A stretch of DNA of 64,000 nt from an uncultured Gammaproteobacteria bacterium (GTDB lineage: Bacteria > Pseudomonadota > Gammaproteobacteria > DRLM01): assembly GCA_963729605.1 (NCBI GenBank), contig CAVSNY010000006.1, positions 192,001-256,000 of the forward strand. The letters are read 5' to 3'. The notes below the pieces were generated by a model. That model was not told where the DNA came from. It did no database searches and was given only the letters and a program-made list of their open reading frames with translations. A program made the position numbers and the translations under genes. Positions 32,826 to 43,688 of this stretch are shown here, piece after piece. Position 1 is the first letter of the stretch, and every line of letters starts with the position of its first letter.

Positions 32826-33890
32826 TTAACGCACCCGCGCCATCAGCACCCATGCCAGGATGAAAAACAGCAGGGTGGGCAAAGTCGCGCTCAATGCCGT
32901 GGGAAACTGGTATATCAATCCGACGTAGCTGAAGGTTTGATCGATCAGATAAAAGCTGATGCCCATCAAGATGCCGACGAAGATGCGTTGCCCCACGCTC
33001 ACCGAGCGCAGCGGCCCGAAGATAAACGGGATGGAAAGAAACACCATCACCAGGGTGGTGACCGGCAGCACCAGTTTGTTCCACAACGCCAGATTGTAAC
33101 GGTCGGCGCTCAAACCGTTGTCCTCGAGATAGCCGATATATTTCACCAGCCCTTGCACCGACAGGCTGGTGGGTTTGACCGCCACCACCTCGATCATCTC
33201 CGGCGTCAGCAAGGAATGCCACGCCAGTTGCGCGATGCGTTCAGTGCCCACGCCGTTCACGTCGATGCGGCTGCGCGACACCTCTTCCAGCAACCACTGG
33301 CCGCCGCTGTAACGGCCGCTGCGCGCCGTGGTCATGGTGCGCAGGCGCAGCGTGCCGTCGAACTCGTAAATACTCACGCCGCTCACATGATTTTGCGACG
33401 GCACTTCGCGAATGTGGATGAAGTATTGCCCGTCGCGCGCCCACAGCCCGTTGTCGCTGGTGATGGCGAAGCGCTCGACCAAGGCGGTGCTGCGCATGCC
33501 CTGCGCGTATTTTTCCGCCGGCGGCGCCACGTATTCACCGAGAATCAGCGCCAGTATCATCCACAAGATGCCCACCTTCATCACCGCGAAGGCGATGCGC
33601 AACACCGAAACGCCGGCCGCCCGCATCACCATCAGTTCGTTATTGCTGGCGAGCATACCGAGGCCGATCACGCTGCCCAATAAGGCGATTATCGGAAAGA
33701 GCTGGTAGGTAAGACGCGGCAAGGTAAGCAAGACATACTGCGCCGCGCGCATCAGCGTGTAGTCGCCCTTGCCGACCGCGTCCAGCTCCGTCACCAAAGC
33801 ACCGAAGGAAAATAACGCCAGCAACACCAGCAACACGATCAGCGTGCTGCCGGCGATGGTCATCCCGATGTAGCGGTCAAGCAGGTTCAT
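32826..33890 (-). CDS. lptG: LPS export ABC transporter permease LptG
   Basis: MNLLDRYIG, LASNNELMVMRAAGVS, GLWARDG, FGPLRS. Confidence 0.93.
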   Translation of the reverse strand: MNLLDRYIGMTIAGSTLIVLLVLLALFSFGALVTELDAVGKGDYTLMRAAQYVLLTLPRLTYQLFPIIALLGSVIGLGMLASNNELMVMRAAGVSVLRIAFAVMKVGILWMILALILGEYVAPPAEKYAQGMRSTALVERFAITSDNGLWARDGQYFIHIREVPSQNHVSGVSIYEFDGTLRLRTMTTARSGRYSGGQWLLEEVSRSRIDVNGVGTERIAQLAWHSLLTPEMIEVVAVKPTSLSVQGLVKYIGYLEDNGLSADRYNLALWNKLVLPVTTLVMVFLSIPFIFGPLRSVSVGQRIFVGILMGISFYLIDQTFSYVGLIYQFPTALSATLPTLLFFILAWVLMARVR

Positions 33891-34986
33891 GACCACCCCC
33901 GGCGCGACCGACCGGCAGCCGCCATTTCACGCCCGATTGCCGGGCAACGAGCACCGCCACCAACACCAATAACAACCCGTGCGCCCACCACATGCCGATG
34001 TACGGCGAGACGGCGCTCTGCTCCAGCCAGGAGCGCGACACCACCAGCAGATTCATATACACCACGTACACCACGATCGCGACGAACAGCTTGGCGAAGC
34101 GTCCCTGGCGCGGGGTAGTGCGACTGAGCGGCACCGCCAGCGCCGCCAGCAGCACGGTGGCCAGCGGCATGGCAATGCGCCATTGCAACTCCGCCCGTTC
34201 CCACGGTTGCGTGGCGCCGATCAGCGCCGGCGTGGGATAGGCGACCACTTTGCGGTCGCTGGTCACCAGCGCCCGCTCTTCGATCAGCAGGCCATGTTCG
34301 TTGAACTGGATGATTTTGAATTGGGCGTCGCCGGGCCGGCCTTCGTAGCGGTACCCGTTCTGCAGAATCAAATAACGGTCGCCGGTACTCTCTTCCACGA
34401 AGTAGTAACCGCGCTCCGCCGAGAGCACGTTGCGTATCCCCTCTTTGCCCTGGGTTTCGACGAAGACCTTTTCCATGGTGCGGCCGTCTTCGCTAAGACG
34501 TTCGACATAGAACACCAGTTTGCCGTCACGTAATTCGCGAAAACGGCCCTCCGCCACGCCGCGCGTGTCGGCGTCGGTCTTCAACGCATCGAGGATTTGA
34601 GAACTTTGCTCCTCGGCCCACGGCCCGGCGTAGAGCGAAATGCCTGCCACCAGCCCGGCGAAACCGAACGCGGCCCACAACACGGTGCCCAGCAGGCGGC
34701 CGATGCCGACCCCCGACGCCGCCAGCGCCACGATCTCGTTATCTTTATATAAGCGGCCGAAGGCGATCAGCACCGCGAAGAACAAGGCCATCGGCAACAG
34801 CGTTTCCAGACTGCTGATGGATTTGAACGCCAGCAGCTGCACCACCGCCTCGACGGGCAGGTTGCCGCCTTCCGCGGCGGCCAGCATGCGGACGAAACGG
34901 TTGCTCACGAAAATGACGTAGAGCACGCCGGTGACCACCAGCAGGGCCAGCACGATTTCCCGCAGCAGATAGCGGCTGATGATCAC
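33877..34986 (-). CDS. lptF: LPS export ABC transporter permease LptF
   Basis: VIISRYLLREI, GRLYKDNEIVAL, GYRYEG, AELQWRI, PRQGR; divergent from pepA. Confidence 0.93.
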   Translation of the reverse strand: MIISRYLLREIVLALLVVTGVLYVIFVSNRFVRMLAAAEGGNLPVEAVVQLLAFKSISSLETLLPMALFFAVLIAFGRLYKDNEIVALAASGVGIGRLLGTVLWAAFGFAGLVAGISLYAGPWAEEQSSQILDALKTDADTRGVAEGRFRELRDGKLVFYVERLSEDGRTMEKVFVETQGKEGIRNVLSAERGYYFVEESTGDRYLILQNGYRYEGRPGDAQFKIIQFNEHGLLIEERALVTSDRKVVAYPTPALIGATQPWERAELQWRIAMPLATVLLAALAVPLSRTTPRQGRFAKLFVAIVVYVVYMNLLVVSRSWLEQSAVSPYIGMWWAHGLLLVLVAVLVARQSGVKWRLPVGRAGGGHEPA

Positions 34987-35234
34987 CGACGCCGTCCCTC
35001 TCGGCGCGCGCGGGGGGCGCCACGCTGGAAAATCGCGTCTTTTACGGTACACTGTGAAACCATGTAGCGGTCCTTTATCGTCGCGGTCTTGGAGGGAAAA
35101 CGTCCCCGCCGCGCAAAGGCTTATACCATAGCAAAACCGGCGGGGCTTGCGATGATTTAACCGGCGATGCGTTATGCGGCGGCTCGGACTTGAAGGCGAA
35201 TCCCGGCAGTGAGTACATCCCATTAGGAGCAGAC

Positions 35235-36763
35235 ATGGATTTTACGGTAAAGAGCGGCACTCCCGACCAACAACGCGGCGGGTGCATCGTGCTGGGGGTC
35301 GTCGAGCCGCGCCACCTCTCGGCCGCGGGTGAACAAGCCGACGCGGCGGCCGGCGGTTTCATCTCGCAATTGCTGAAACGCGGCGACCTGGACGGCAAGC
35401 TCGGCCAGACCCTGTTGCTCCACAACGTGCCCAACCTCGCCGCCGAGCGGGTGCTGCTGATCGGCTGCGGGCCGGCCAAGGAATTGGCCGACGGCCATTA
35501 TCGCAAGGTCGTCGCCAAGGCCGCCGCCGTCCTCAACGAGATGGGCGCCGGCGAAGCGGTGAGTTATCTCACCGACCTGCCGGTGAAAGGCCGCGACAGC
35601 GCCTGGAAGGTACGCCAGATCGTGGAGAGCACCGAACACGGCCTTTACCGCTTCGATCAATTGAAGAGCAAAAAAGACGAGGCCCGCCGGCCGCTGCGTA
35701 AACTGGTGATCAACGTCGCCGAGCGCGGCGAACTCGCCGCCGCCGAAGAAGCGCTGCGGGTCGGCAAGGCCGTGGCCCACGGCATCAAACTCACCCGCGA
35801 CCTCGGCAACCTCCCCGCCAATATCTGCACGCCGCGTTATCTCGCCGACCAGGCCCGCGCCCTGGCCAAGCGCCACAAGTCGATCAAGGTCGAGGTGCTG
35901 GACCGGTCGCACATGGAAAAACTGGGCATGGGCTCGCTGCTGGCAGTGGCGCGCGGCAGCGAGGAACCGCCCAAACTCATCGTCGCCCAGTATCGCGGCG
36001 GCCCCAAGGCCGACAAACCGGTGGCGCTGGTCGGCAAAGGCGTGACCTTCGACACCGGCGGCATCTCCATCAAACCGGCCGCGGCCATGGATGAGATGAA
36101 ATACGACATGTGCGGCGCCGCCAGCGTGCTGGGCACCCTCGCCGCCATCGCCGAGCTGGGCCTGGCGATCAACGTGGTGGGCATCATCCCCGCCACCGAA
36201 AACATGCCGAGCGGTATCGCCATCAAACCGGGCGACGTGGTGACCAGCCTGTCGGGGCAGACCATCGAGATCCTCAACACCGACGCCGAGGGCCGGCTGA
36301 TCCTCTGCGACGCCCTCACCTACGCCGAACGTTTCGACCCGGCGGCGGTGATCGACATCGCCACCCTCACCGGCGCCTGCGTCATCGCCCTCGGCAAACA
36401 CGCCTCGGGCCTGATGGGCAATCACGACCCGCTGATCAACGAACTGCTCGACGCCGGCAACGACACCGGCGACCGCGCCTGGCAACTGCCCTTGTGGGAC
36501 GACTACCAGGACCAGCTCAAAACCAATTTCGCCGACATGGCCAACGTCGGCGGGCGCGAGGGCGGCACCATCACCGCCGCCTGTTTCCTGTCGCGCTTCA
36601 CCAAGAAATTCCAGTGGGCGCACCTCGACATCGCCGGCACCGCCTGGGTGAGCGGCGATAAAAAAGCGCCACCGGCCGGCCGGTGCCGCTGCTCACCCAA
36701 TTCTTGATGGCGCGGGCGGCGAAACGGGGTGCGAAGACTCCGGCCGCTAAAAATAAAAAATAG
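35235..36763 (+). CDS. pepA: Leucyl aminopeptidase with apparent 1-nt deletion near 36666
   Basis: VGKGVTFDTGG, MKYDMCGAA, NTDAEGRL, DIATLTGA, WAHLDIAGT; conserved ATGRPVPLLTQFL tail is in the shifted frame. Confidence 0.93.
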
Positions 36764-36812
36764 GCGATGTCCGCGGACGGCGGCGCCGGATTATTATCAA
36801 CCCGGCAAAGTG

Positions 36813-36908
36813 CCCTCCCCCTTTAGGGAAAGGGCCAGGGTGGGGGGGCGAAGGCGGATTCCTCCGTATCGCCCCCCATTCCAACCTTCCGCCTGCAAGG
36901 GGGAGTGG
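36813..36908. repeat. Inverted pair of degenerate REP-like palindromes
   Basis: CCCTCCCCCTTTAGGGAAAGGGCCAGGGTGGGG and CCCCCATTCCAACCTTCCGCCTGCAAGGGGGAGTGG. Confidence 0.5.
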
Positions 36909-37075
36909 TTCGATTCATTTTTAGTATGTTGCCGGATCAATAATAAAGAGCGTCGGCGAAACAACCTCGCCGACAACCAAAGGAGGGAACGGCACGACTC
37001 TCCTTGGCAACCCCAAGGCTAAGGTCCCCGCGGCAGGCGCGGAGACTTTAAAAATAAGAGTCAACCCGAGCAGCC

Positions 37076-37522
37076 ATGACCCGCGTCGATTTTTATGTAC
37101 TGGAAGACAGCGCCCCGCAAGCGCGGGAGCGGCTGGCCTGCCGTCTGACGGAAAAGGCCTTCCGCCTCGGCCACCGGGTGTACATCCACACCCGCTCGCG
37201 GGAACAGGCGGCGGCGCTGGACGACCTGCTGTGGACCTTCCGCCAGGGCAGTTTCGTACCCCACGATTTACACGGCAAGGACGGCGGCGCCGCCAGCCCG
37301 GTGCTGATCGGCCACGGCGAGGTGCCGGACGATCACCACGAACTGCTGATCAACCTGGCCGACGAGGTGCCGAGCTTCTTCAGCCGCTTCGAGCGGGTGA
37401 TGGAGACCGTGGACCAGACCGAGGCGCACCGGCTGGCCGGACGGGAACGGTTTCGTTTTTACCGCGACCGGGGTTATGCTCTGCAAACTCACACACTGAG
37501 CGCACAGGCCGAGGATGAGTGA
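37076..37522 (+). CDS. holC: DNA polymerase III subunit chi
   Basis: MTRVDFYVL, LDDLLWTF, SFVPH, LINLA, RERFRFYRDRGY. Confidence 0.93.
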   Translation: MTRVDFYVLEDSAPQARERLACRLTEKAFRLGHRVYIHTRSREQAAALDDLLWTFRQGSFVPHDLHGKDGGAASPVLIGHGEVPDDHHELLINLADEVPSFFSRFERVMETVDQTEAHRLAGRERFRFYRDRGYALQTHTLSAQAEDE

Positions 37523-37874
37523 CGATCCGAACGCAGTCTCCCCAACCGCCGCGGGCATCCCGCCGGTGTTGCGGGACATTGTCGTGCCCGGACCAGACCA
37601 ATCCATTCCGGTACTCGACCCATCCCAGGCGGTGGCCGAGGCCCTGCCCTTCCTCTCGGCGGAGGCGGTGGCGGAGCTGGCCGACACCCTGCAACTCTCG
37701 CTCACCCGCGAGTTGAATTACGCCATCGACGGCGCGGTGTACGAACGCCTGCGGGTGGCGATGGAAGAGGTGGCCAGCAGCGTGAAACAGAATCTTCATC
37801 AACAACTGGAGCAACTGCTCCCCGAACTGGTACAGGCCGCGCTGCAACAACAGCTCAAACAAAAAGACCATTGA
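37515..37874 (+). CDS. Hypothetical protein between holC and valS
   Basis: Overlaps holC stop; PPVLRDIV/IPVL motifs followed by a helical C-terminus. Confidence 0.6.
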   Translation: MSDDPNAVSPTAAGIPPVLRDIVVPGPDQSIPVLDPSQAVAEALPFLSAEAVAELADTLQLSLTRELNYAIDGAVYERLRVAMEEVASSVKQNLHQQLEQLLPELVQAALQQQLKQKDH

Positions 37875-37935
37875 TTAATCCGCGCCGCCGCGAGCAGCGA
37901 CCCACATATTTTTTTTCGTTCAACCCGGACCCTCC

Positions 37936-40878
37936 ATGGACAAGACGTACAATCCTCACGCCATCGAACAACATTGGTATCAGACCTGGGAACAAAACGG
38001 CTACTTCGCCCCGCAAGGTGTCGGTCCTGGTCCTTTAAACAACTCCCCTCTCCCCGGCCCTCTCCCGCCTGCGGGAGAGGGGGAGTATGTAAAGAGTGAA
38101 TTGACTGGCACCTATTGCATCATGATCCCGCCGCCCAATGTCACGGGCAGCCTGCACATGGGCCACGCCTTTCAAGACACCATCATGGACGCGCTGATCC
38201 GTTATCAGCGCATGAACGGCCGCAACACCCTGTGGCAGCCCGGCACCGACCACGCCGGCATCGCGACGCAAATGGTGGTGGAACGCCAGCTCGCGGCGCA
38301 AGGCAAAAGCCGCCACGACCTGGGACGCGAGGCCTTCATCGATGCGGTGTGGAAGTGGAAGGGTGAATCGGGCGGCACCATCACCCGCCAATTGCGCCGC
38401 CTCGGCGCCTCGCTGGACTGGTCGCGCGAACGCTTCACCATGGACGAGGGTTTATCGGACGCGGTGCGCGAAGTGTTCGTGCGCCTGCATGAAGAAGGTT
38501 TGATCTACCGCGGCAAACGCCTGGTGAACTGGGACCCGGTGCTGCACACCGCGGTGTCCGATCTCGAAGTGCTCTCCGAGGAGGAGAACGGCAGCCTCTG
38601 GCATATGCGTTATCCGCTCGCCGACGGCAGCGGCCATCTGGTGGTCGCGACCACCCGACCCGAGACCCTGCTGGGCGACGCGGCGGTGGCGGTGCATCCC
38701 GAGGATGAACGTTACAAGCACCTCATCGGCAAACAGGTGAAACTGCCGTTGGCCGAACGCTTGATTCCCATCATCGCCGATGACTACGTCGACAAGGAAT
38801 TCGGCACCGGCTGCGTGAAGATCACGCCGGCGCATGACTTCAACGATTATGCGGTGGGGCAGCGCCACGGTTTGCCGCTGATTAACATCTTCACAAAGGA
38901 TGCAAAGATCATCGGCCCACTCTCTAATTTCGAATTTGATACTCGACATCAACCCGGACGCCAGGTATTGGTCGATGACGCACCTGATGGTAAGTTTCCT
39001 GACGAAATCATCCCGGTGAAATATCACGGCCTCGACCGCTTCGAGGCGCGCAAGCGCGTGGTCGCCGATCTCGACGCGGCGGGGCTCATGGAAAAGATCG
39101 AACCGCACAAACTCAAGGTGCCGCGCGGCGACCGCAGCGGCGCGGTGATCGAACCGTTGCTCACCGATCAGTGGTACGTGAAGGTCGCCCCCCTCGCGCA
39201 ACCCGCGATCGAGGCCGTCGAGAGCGGCGCCATCAAATTCGTCCCCGACAACTGGAAGAACACCTATTTCGAGTGGATGCGCAACATCGAGGACTGGTGC
39301 ATCTCGCGGCAGATCTGGTGGGGGCATCGCATTCCGGCTTGGTACGACGATCAGGGCAATATCTATGTCGCGCGCAGCGGCGACGAGGCCCATGCGCAGG
39401 CGCGCGCGCGCCACGGCAAAGATGTCGATTTGCAACAAGACGAGGACGTGCTCGACACCTGGTTCAGCTCGGCGCTGTGGCCGTTTTCCACTTTGGGCTG
39501 GCCGCAACAGACCGCGGAGCTGAAAACCTTTTATCCCACCAGCGTGCTGGTCACCGGCTTCGACATCATCTTTTTCTGGGTGGCGCGGATGATCATGATG
39601 GGCCTCAAATTCACCGGCGAGGTGCCGTTCCGCGAGGTCTACATCCACGGCCTGGTGCGCGACGCCCACGGCCAGAAGATGTCGAAGTCGAAAGGCAATG
39701 TGCTCGACCCCATCGATCTCATCGACGGCATCGATCTCGAATCGCTGGTGAAGAAGCGCACCAGCGGTCTGATGCAACCGGAGATGGCCAAGAAAATCGA
39801 ACAGGCGACGCGCAAGGATTTCCCGGCGGGCATTCCCGCCTTCGGCACCGACGCGCTGCGTTTCACCTTCGCCTCTCTGGCCACCACCGGCCGCGACATC
39901 AAATTCGATCTCGGCCGCATCGAGGGCTATCGCAATTTCTGCAACAAGCTGTGGAACGCCACCCGTTATGTGTTGATGAACACCGAGGGCCAGGACTGCG
40001 GTCTCGAGGGTGACGTGGAACTCAGCCTCGCCGATCGCTGGATACTCTCGCGGTTGCAGCTCGTAACCCAGCAGGCGCGGGAACATTGCGAGGCCTATCG
40101 TCTCGACCTGATGGCTCAGGCAATTTACGAATTCACCTGGAATGAATTCTGCGACTGGTATCTCGAACTCAGCAAGCCGGTGCTAAACGCCGACGACAGC
40201 AGCGCGGCGGCGCGGCGCGGCACCCGCCGCACCCTGGTGCAGGTGCTCGAAACCATACTGCGCTTGGTCCATCCGCTGATGCCCTTCATCAGCGAAGAGA
40301 TATGGCAACGCGTCGCGCCGCTGGCCGGCAAACAGGGCGTGACCATCATGCTGCAACCCTATCCCGACGCCGATGAAAAACTCGTCGATCACCGGGTCGC
40401 GGAGGAGATGGCCTGGCTGATGGAATTCATCCTCGGTGTGCGCAAAATCCGCGGCGAGATGAACATCCCGCCGCGCAAACCGCTGCCGGTGCTGTTGCAG
40501 AACTGGAGCGAGGAGGACCGCCGCCGCGCAGAAACGACGCGCAATTACAGCGGTTTTCTTTCATCGCTGGAATCGATTACTTTTCTTTCCGCCGACCAGC
40601 CCGCGCCCGACTCCGCCACCGCGCTGGTGGGCGAGATGAAGGTGTTGATCCCGATGACGGGGCTGATCGACAAAGAGGCCGAGTTGGCGCGCTTAAATAA
40701 AGAGATGGAAAAGCTGAGCAAGGATTTGGAGCGCGGCGAACAGAAACTGCAAAATCCCAATTTCGCCGACAAGGCGCCGCCCGAGGTGGTGGCCAAGGAA
40801 CGGCAGCGCATGGACGAAGTGCGCTCTTCTCTCGGCAAACTGCAAGAGCAACACCGGCGCATCAGCGCCATGTCATGA
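37936..40878 (+). CDS. valS: Valyl-tRNA synthetase
   Basis: [13 protein letters not shown] (HIGH), DWCISRQ, KMSKS, C-terminal coiled coil. Confidence 0.98.
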   Translation: MDKTYNPHAIEQHWYQTWEQNGYFAPQGVGPGPLNNSPLPGPLPPAGEGEYVKSELTGTYCIMIPPPNVTGSLHMGHAFQDTIMDALIRYQRMNGRNTLWQPGTDHAGIATQMVVERQLAAQGKSRHDLGREAFIDAVWKWKGESGGTITRQLRRLGASLDWSRERFTMDEGLSDAVREVFVRLHEEGLIYRGKRLVNWDPVLHTAVSDLEVLSEEENGSLWHMRYPLADGSGHLVVATTRPETLLGDAAVAVHPEDERYKHLIGKQVKLPLAERLIPIIADDYVDKEFGTGCVKITPAHDFNDYAVGQRHGLPLINIFTKDAKIIGPLSNFEFDTRHQPGRQVLVDDAPDGKFPDEIIPVKYHGLDRFEARKRVVADLDAAGLMEKIEPHKLKVPRGDRSGAVIEPLLTDQWYVKVAPLAQPAIEAVESGAIKFVPDNWKNTYFEWMRNIEDWCISRQIWWGHRIPAWYDDQGNIYVARSGDEAHAQARARHGKDVDLQQDEDVLDTWFSSALWPFSTLGWPQQTAELKTFYPTSVLVTGFDIIFFWVARMIMMGLKFTGEVPFREVYIHGLVRDAHGQKMSKSKGNVLDPIDLIDGIDLESLVKKRTSGLMQPEMAKKIEQATRKDFPAGIPAFGTDALRFTFASLATTGRDIKFDLGRIEGYRNFCNKLWNATRYVLMNTEGQDCGLEGDVELSLADRWILSRLQLVTQQAREHCEAYRLDLMAQAIYEFTWNEFCDWYLELSKPVLNADDSSAAARRGTRRTLVQVLETILRLVHPLMPFISEEIWQRVAPLAGKQGVTIMLQPYPDADEKLVDHRVAEEMAWLMEFILGVRKIRGEMNIPPRKPLPVLLQNWSEEDRRRAETTRNYSGFLSSLESITFLSADQPAPDSATALVGEMKVLIPMTGLIDKEAELARLNKEMEKLSKDLERGEQKLQNPNFADKAPPEVVAKERQRMDEVRSSLGKLQEQHRRISAMS
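38045..38083 (+). repeat. REP-like palindrome inside valS coding sequence
   Basis: CCCCTCTCCCCGGCCCTCTCCCGCCTGCGGGAGAGGGGG, nearly identical to the intergenic copy at 32647. Confidence 0.8.
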
Positions 40879-41121
40879 CGGCAGGCGAACCGCGCCAGCT
40901 CGTGGCCGTTTACCCCGGGGTCGGAAAACAAGGAAACAGCGCTCGATTTCCGACCCCGGGGTGAAGAGGGCTCTTTACTCCACCCCCACCCTGTCCCCCG
41001 CACGGGGGGCGGGAACGCGGGGCAACGACTTCTGAGTGGGCCGTCGGCGAAAGGCGTTCACTCTCCGCGAAGGGATGGACGTATCGCTTAAGTTGCGGAA
41101 ATCGGCAAGCCGCGGGCGACC

Positions 41122-41847
41122 TCAGCCGGCCTGTTTTTCGGCGGCCTCATCGATGCGTTCCAGACGGTAGCCGTGCTGATATACCGCGCTGAGGCGCCAG
41201 CCGTTGTCAGGGATCAAGCCCAATTTGCCGCGAATGCGGCTGATATGGGTATCGACGGTGCGGGTGTTGAGATCGGAGCGTTGCCCCCAGACACTTTCCA
41301 TGATGTGTTTGCGCGAAATCAAACGTCCCACGTTTCTCAGCAAAAAAACCGCCAGATCGAATTCTTTATGCGTCAATTCCAGCGGCTGGCCGTCGCGGGT
41401 AATGGAGCGGCGCAGGTTGTCCACCCCATAGGCGCCCACCTCCAAAACCTCGTTCTTCGCGTCCTGCATGCCGGCACGCCGCCCCAAGGCGGTGATACGC
41501 GCCAGCATTTCCAGGGGCTTGATCGGCTTAATCATGTAATCGTCGGCGCCCTGCTCCAAGGCGTAGACGACATCCTGCTCGCTGTCGCGCCCGGTAACGA
41601 ACAACACCGGCATGTGCCAATCGTACTGTTCACGCAGTTTGAGCAGCACTTCATCGCCGTTGATATCGGGCAACAACCAATCGAGCACCACCAGATCGAA
41701 GCTATCGGTGACCCCCGCGCGCAGGAATTTTTCACCCAGGCTAAAGTGGATGCAGGCGTGTCCCGCCGCTGCAAGCCACGCTTGCATGTAATGCGCCTGT
41801 TCAGGGTCGTCTTCAAGTAATGCAATACGCATCTTGTTCATCCCCAT
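41122..41847 (-). CDS. OmpR/PhoB-family response regulator
   Basis: RIALLEDD, LDWLLPD, GADDYMIKP, winged helix TRTVDTHISRIRGKL, HGYRL. Confidence 0.92.
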   Translation of the reverse strand: MGMNKMRIALLEDDPEQAHYMQAWLAAAGHACIHFSLGEKFLRAGVTDSFDLVVLDWLLPDINGDEVLLKLREQYDWHMPVLFVTGRDSEQDVVYALEQGADDYMIKPIKPLEMLARITALGRRAGMQDAKNEVLEVGAYGVDNLRRSITRDGQPLELTHKEFDLAVFLLRNVGRLISRKHIMESVWGQRSDLNTRTVDTHISRIRGKLGLIPDNGWRLSAVYQHGYRLERIDEAAEKQAG

Positions 41848-42004
41848 GCCCGCGCCGCATCACCGGAGCGAGAATCTAGCCCGATTTATTATCATTCGAT
41901 TGAGAGAGGATATTACACGCAAAATCTTGAGCGCACAAAAGGGGCGGTATTCACGGCGATCGGGGCGGACCCATCCCTGATCACGCGGAAAAGCGGGCCG
42001 CGAC

Positions 42005-42022
42005 TTGGCGGCGCGCTTGCAT
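42005..42022 (+). promoter_or_regulatory. sigma54 -24/-12 promoter-like site
   Basis: TTGGCGGCGCGCTTGCAT: GG-N10-GC with TTGC. Confidence 0.5.
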
Positions 42023-42242
42023 AAAATGGCTTAAAAACACGATTAAACATCATGCCAAGCCATCAGCGCCTCATGGGCCGGCCGCCCTCATTCGGCAGAC
42101 ATGACGCAAGACCGCCGCGGACATGAGCCTCCGGGCTCAAGCGGTGAGGGCTTCATGCAATCGGCCTGCGCCTCGGCGCGGACGCAGACCGCCTTTACGG
42201 AAATTCAATTGGGCTCGGCGCGGGTAGCCGGCTTGACGATTA

Positions 42243-43007
42243 TTATCTCGCCCCCACGGCGCGGGGCATCTCGGCCGCGACCAGCTCGCTGTGTAAATGG
42301 AAAGTGGAGCGCCGCTCCGCGGTCTTGTCGCCCATGACGGACTGGGCGAATTGCTCGAACAGGTGTTCGACGTTCACCAAGAAGGGGTATCGTTCGCCGC
42401 GATGCCAGGCCGGCTCCCCCACTTGCTGCAACTCTAAAGGCAATATATGCGTTATCACTTTGGACAATGCCTTGGTAATGAACATATACCAATGCTGGAC
42501 GCCGGACTCATGACTATAAGCCACCGCCGCATCCAGCAATACCCGGAGGATCTCGGCGGTACGTAAACGCTTGCGCAACTCGGACGGCGCCATGCCGATC
42601 ACCCCCTCGGCGCTCACCGGTGACAGGGGGCTCGGCGTTTCACAAGGCAAGACCTGACTAGGCACGCGACGGCGGTAATGACCGATCATGCATAAGCGGG
42701 AGATTTCCAATACTTGATCGGCGGGGGGCCGCAGCCCCTCTTCTATCGTGGTGCGCGTCTCCATGGGCAAGGCCTTCCCGCGGGGAAAGACCATACGCAT
42801 CGCGGCGACCCATTGATCGGTGCCCCGCTCCCGCACCAAAAAGTGGGCCGCCTGGTCATCCCACTCGTCTTTTTCCTCCCCCTCGGGGAAATAAGCGGGA
42901 TCCTCGAAACCCGTCTCCACACAAAACACTTGATAACGGAGTTGATAATGTACACGGCGGCTCCACTCGTCGTCCGCCAGAACGACTTCAAAAGATTCCT
43001 TAAACAT
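42243..43007 (-). CDS. GNAT-fold acyltransferase (PEP-CTERM/exosortase-associated, N-acyl amino acid synthase-like)
   Basis: FEVVLAD...YQLRYQVFCVETGFE, EKDEWD, EISRLC, HRGERYP. Confidence 0.75.
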   Translation of the reverse strand: MFKESFEVVLADDEWSRRVHYQLRYQVFCVETGFEDPAYFPEGEEKDEWDDQAAHFLVRERGTDQWVAAMRMVFPRGKALPMETRTTIEEGLRPPADQVLEISRLCMIGHYRRRVPSQVLPCETPSPLSPVSAEGVIGMAPSELRKRLRTAEILRVLLDAAVAYSHESGVQHWYMFITKALSKVITHILPLELQQVGEPAWHRGERYPFLVNVEHLFEQFAQSVMGDKTAERRSTFHLHSELVAAEMPRAVGAR

Positions 43008-43428
43008 GATTGTCTCCCTGGCCTATCCCTTTTAATGGATGAGGGCCATCCAAAATTCTATCCATGCCGGGCATGACGACGCCCGCCCCAAACCTCTATT
43101 GCTGATCCTTCACCACCCATGGCGCACATCCGACAGATTGCCGCCCGAGTGTTACATTGGTTTGACTTGAGATAGGTCTATCTCCCGCTGACGCACGCGC
43201 CTATCCAAGACGATTTTCTCAACGCCTCGCCGACCCACTAGGTAAAGAAGCTTCACGATACGAAAACAGGGCTGACAACCCCTCGAGCAACCCTGGCGCA
43301 GAGTGAATTTTAATTCTTAAATACAATCGGTTAATCTTAGAGTGCTCCCTTTTGAAACCCTACCCTCTCAATGGGGGAGACAATAGCCCGTGATCGAAAT
43401 TTATGTCAACGAATCCAACCATTTTTTA

Positions 43429-43446
43429 CGTCTCCGTTTAGAGACA
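43429..43446. promoter_or_regulatory. Candidate GlrR-type binding site
   Basis: CGTC-N10-GACA (E. coli GlrR site TGTC-N10-GACA) upstream of glrK. Confidence 0.35.
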
Positions 43447-43688
43447 TTACGCGAAATAAACGGCGTGGCGCCTTACTCTATTGTCCGATCATTCTCCGAC
43501 GGAAGACCGCCCGAGGGTGGCGACGGTGATCTATAATCAACCCTCCTTCGGGGGGAACCAGGCGAGCGGCCCGCGCCGCGGGTGAAATCGAGGCATCACA
43601 TCGCCCAAGCGGCCGCCAGGCACCGCCAGCGGCCCCGGCAATGACCTTGCGCCAGGGGATAAACGACGTCTTACGGGATAACAACACG

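Noticed and set aside
36658-36668. Programmed -1 frameshift at AAAAAAG in pepA
   Set aside because: The run is phased AAA AAA G rather than A AAA AAG; a sequencing indel is simpler
43285-43305. Possible sigma54 promoter for the acyltransferase
   Set aside because: Lacks the invariant GG at -24 with correct spacing
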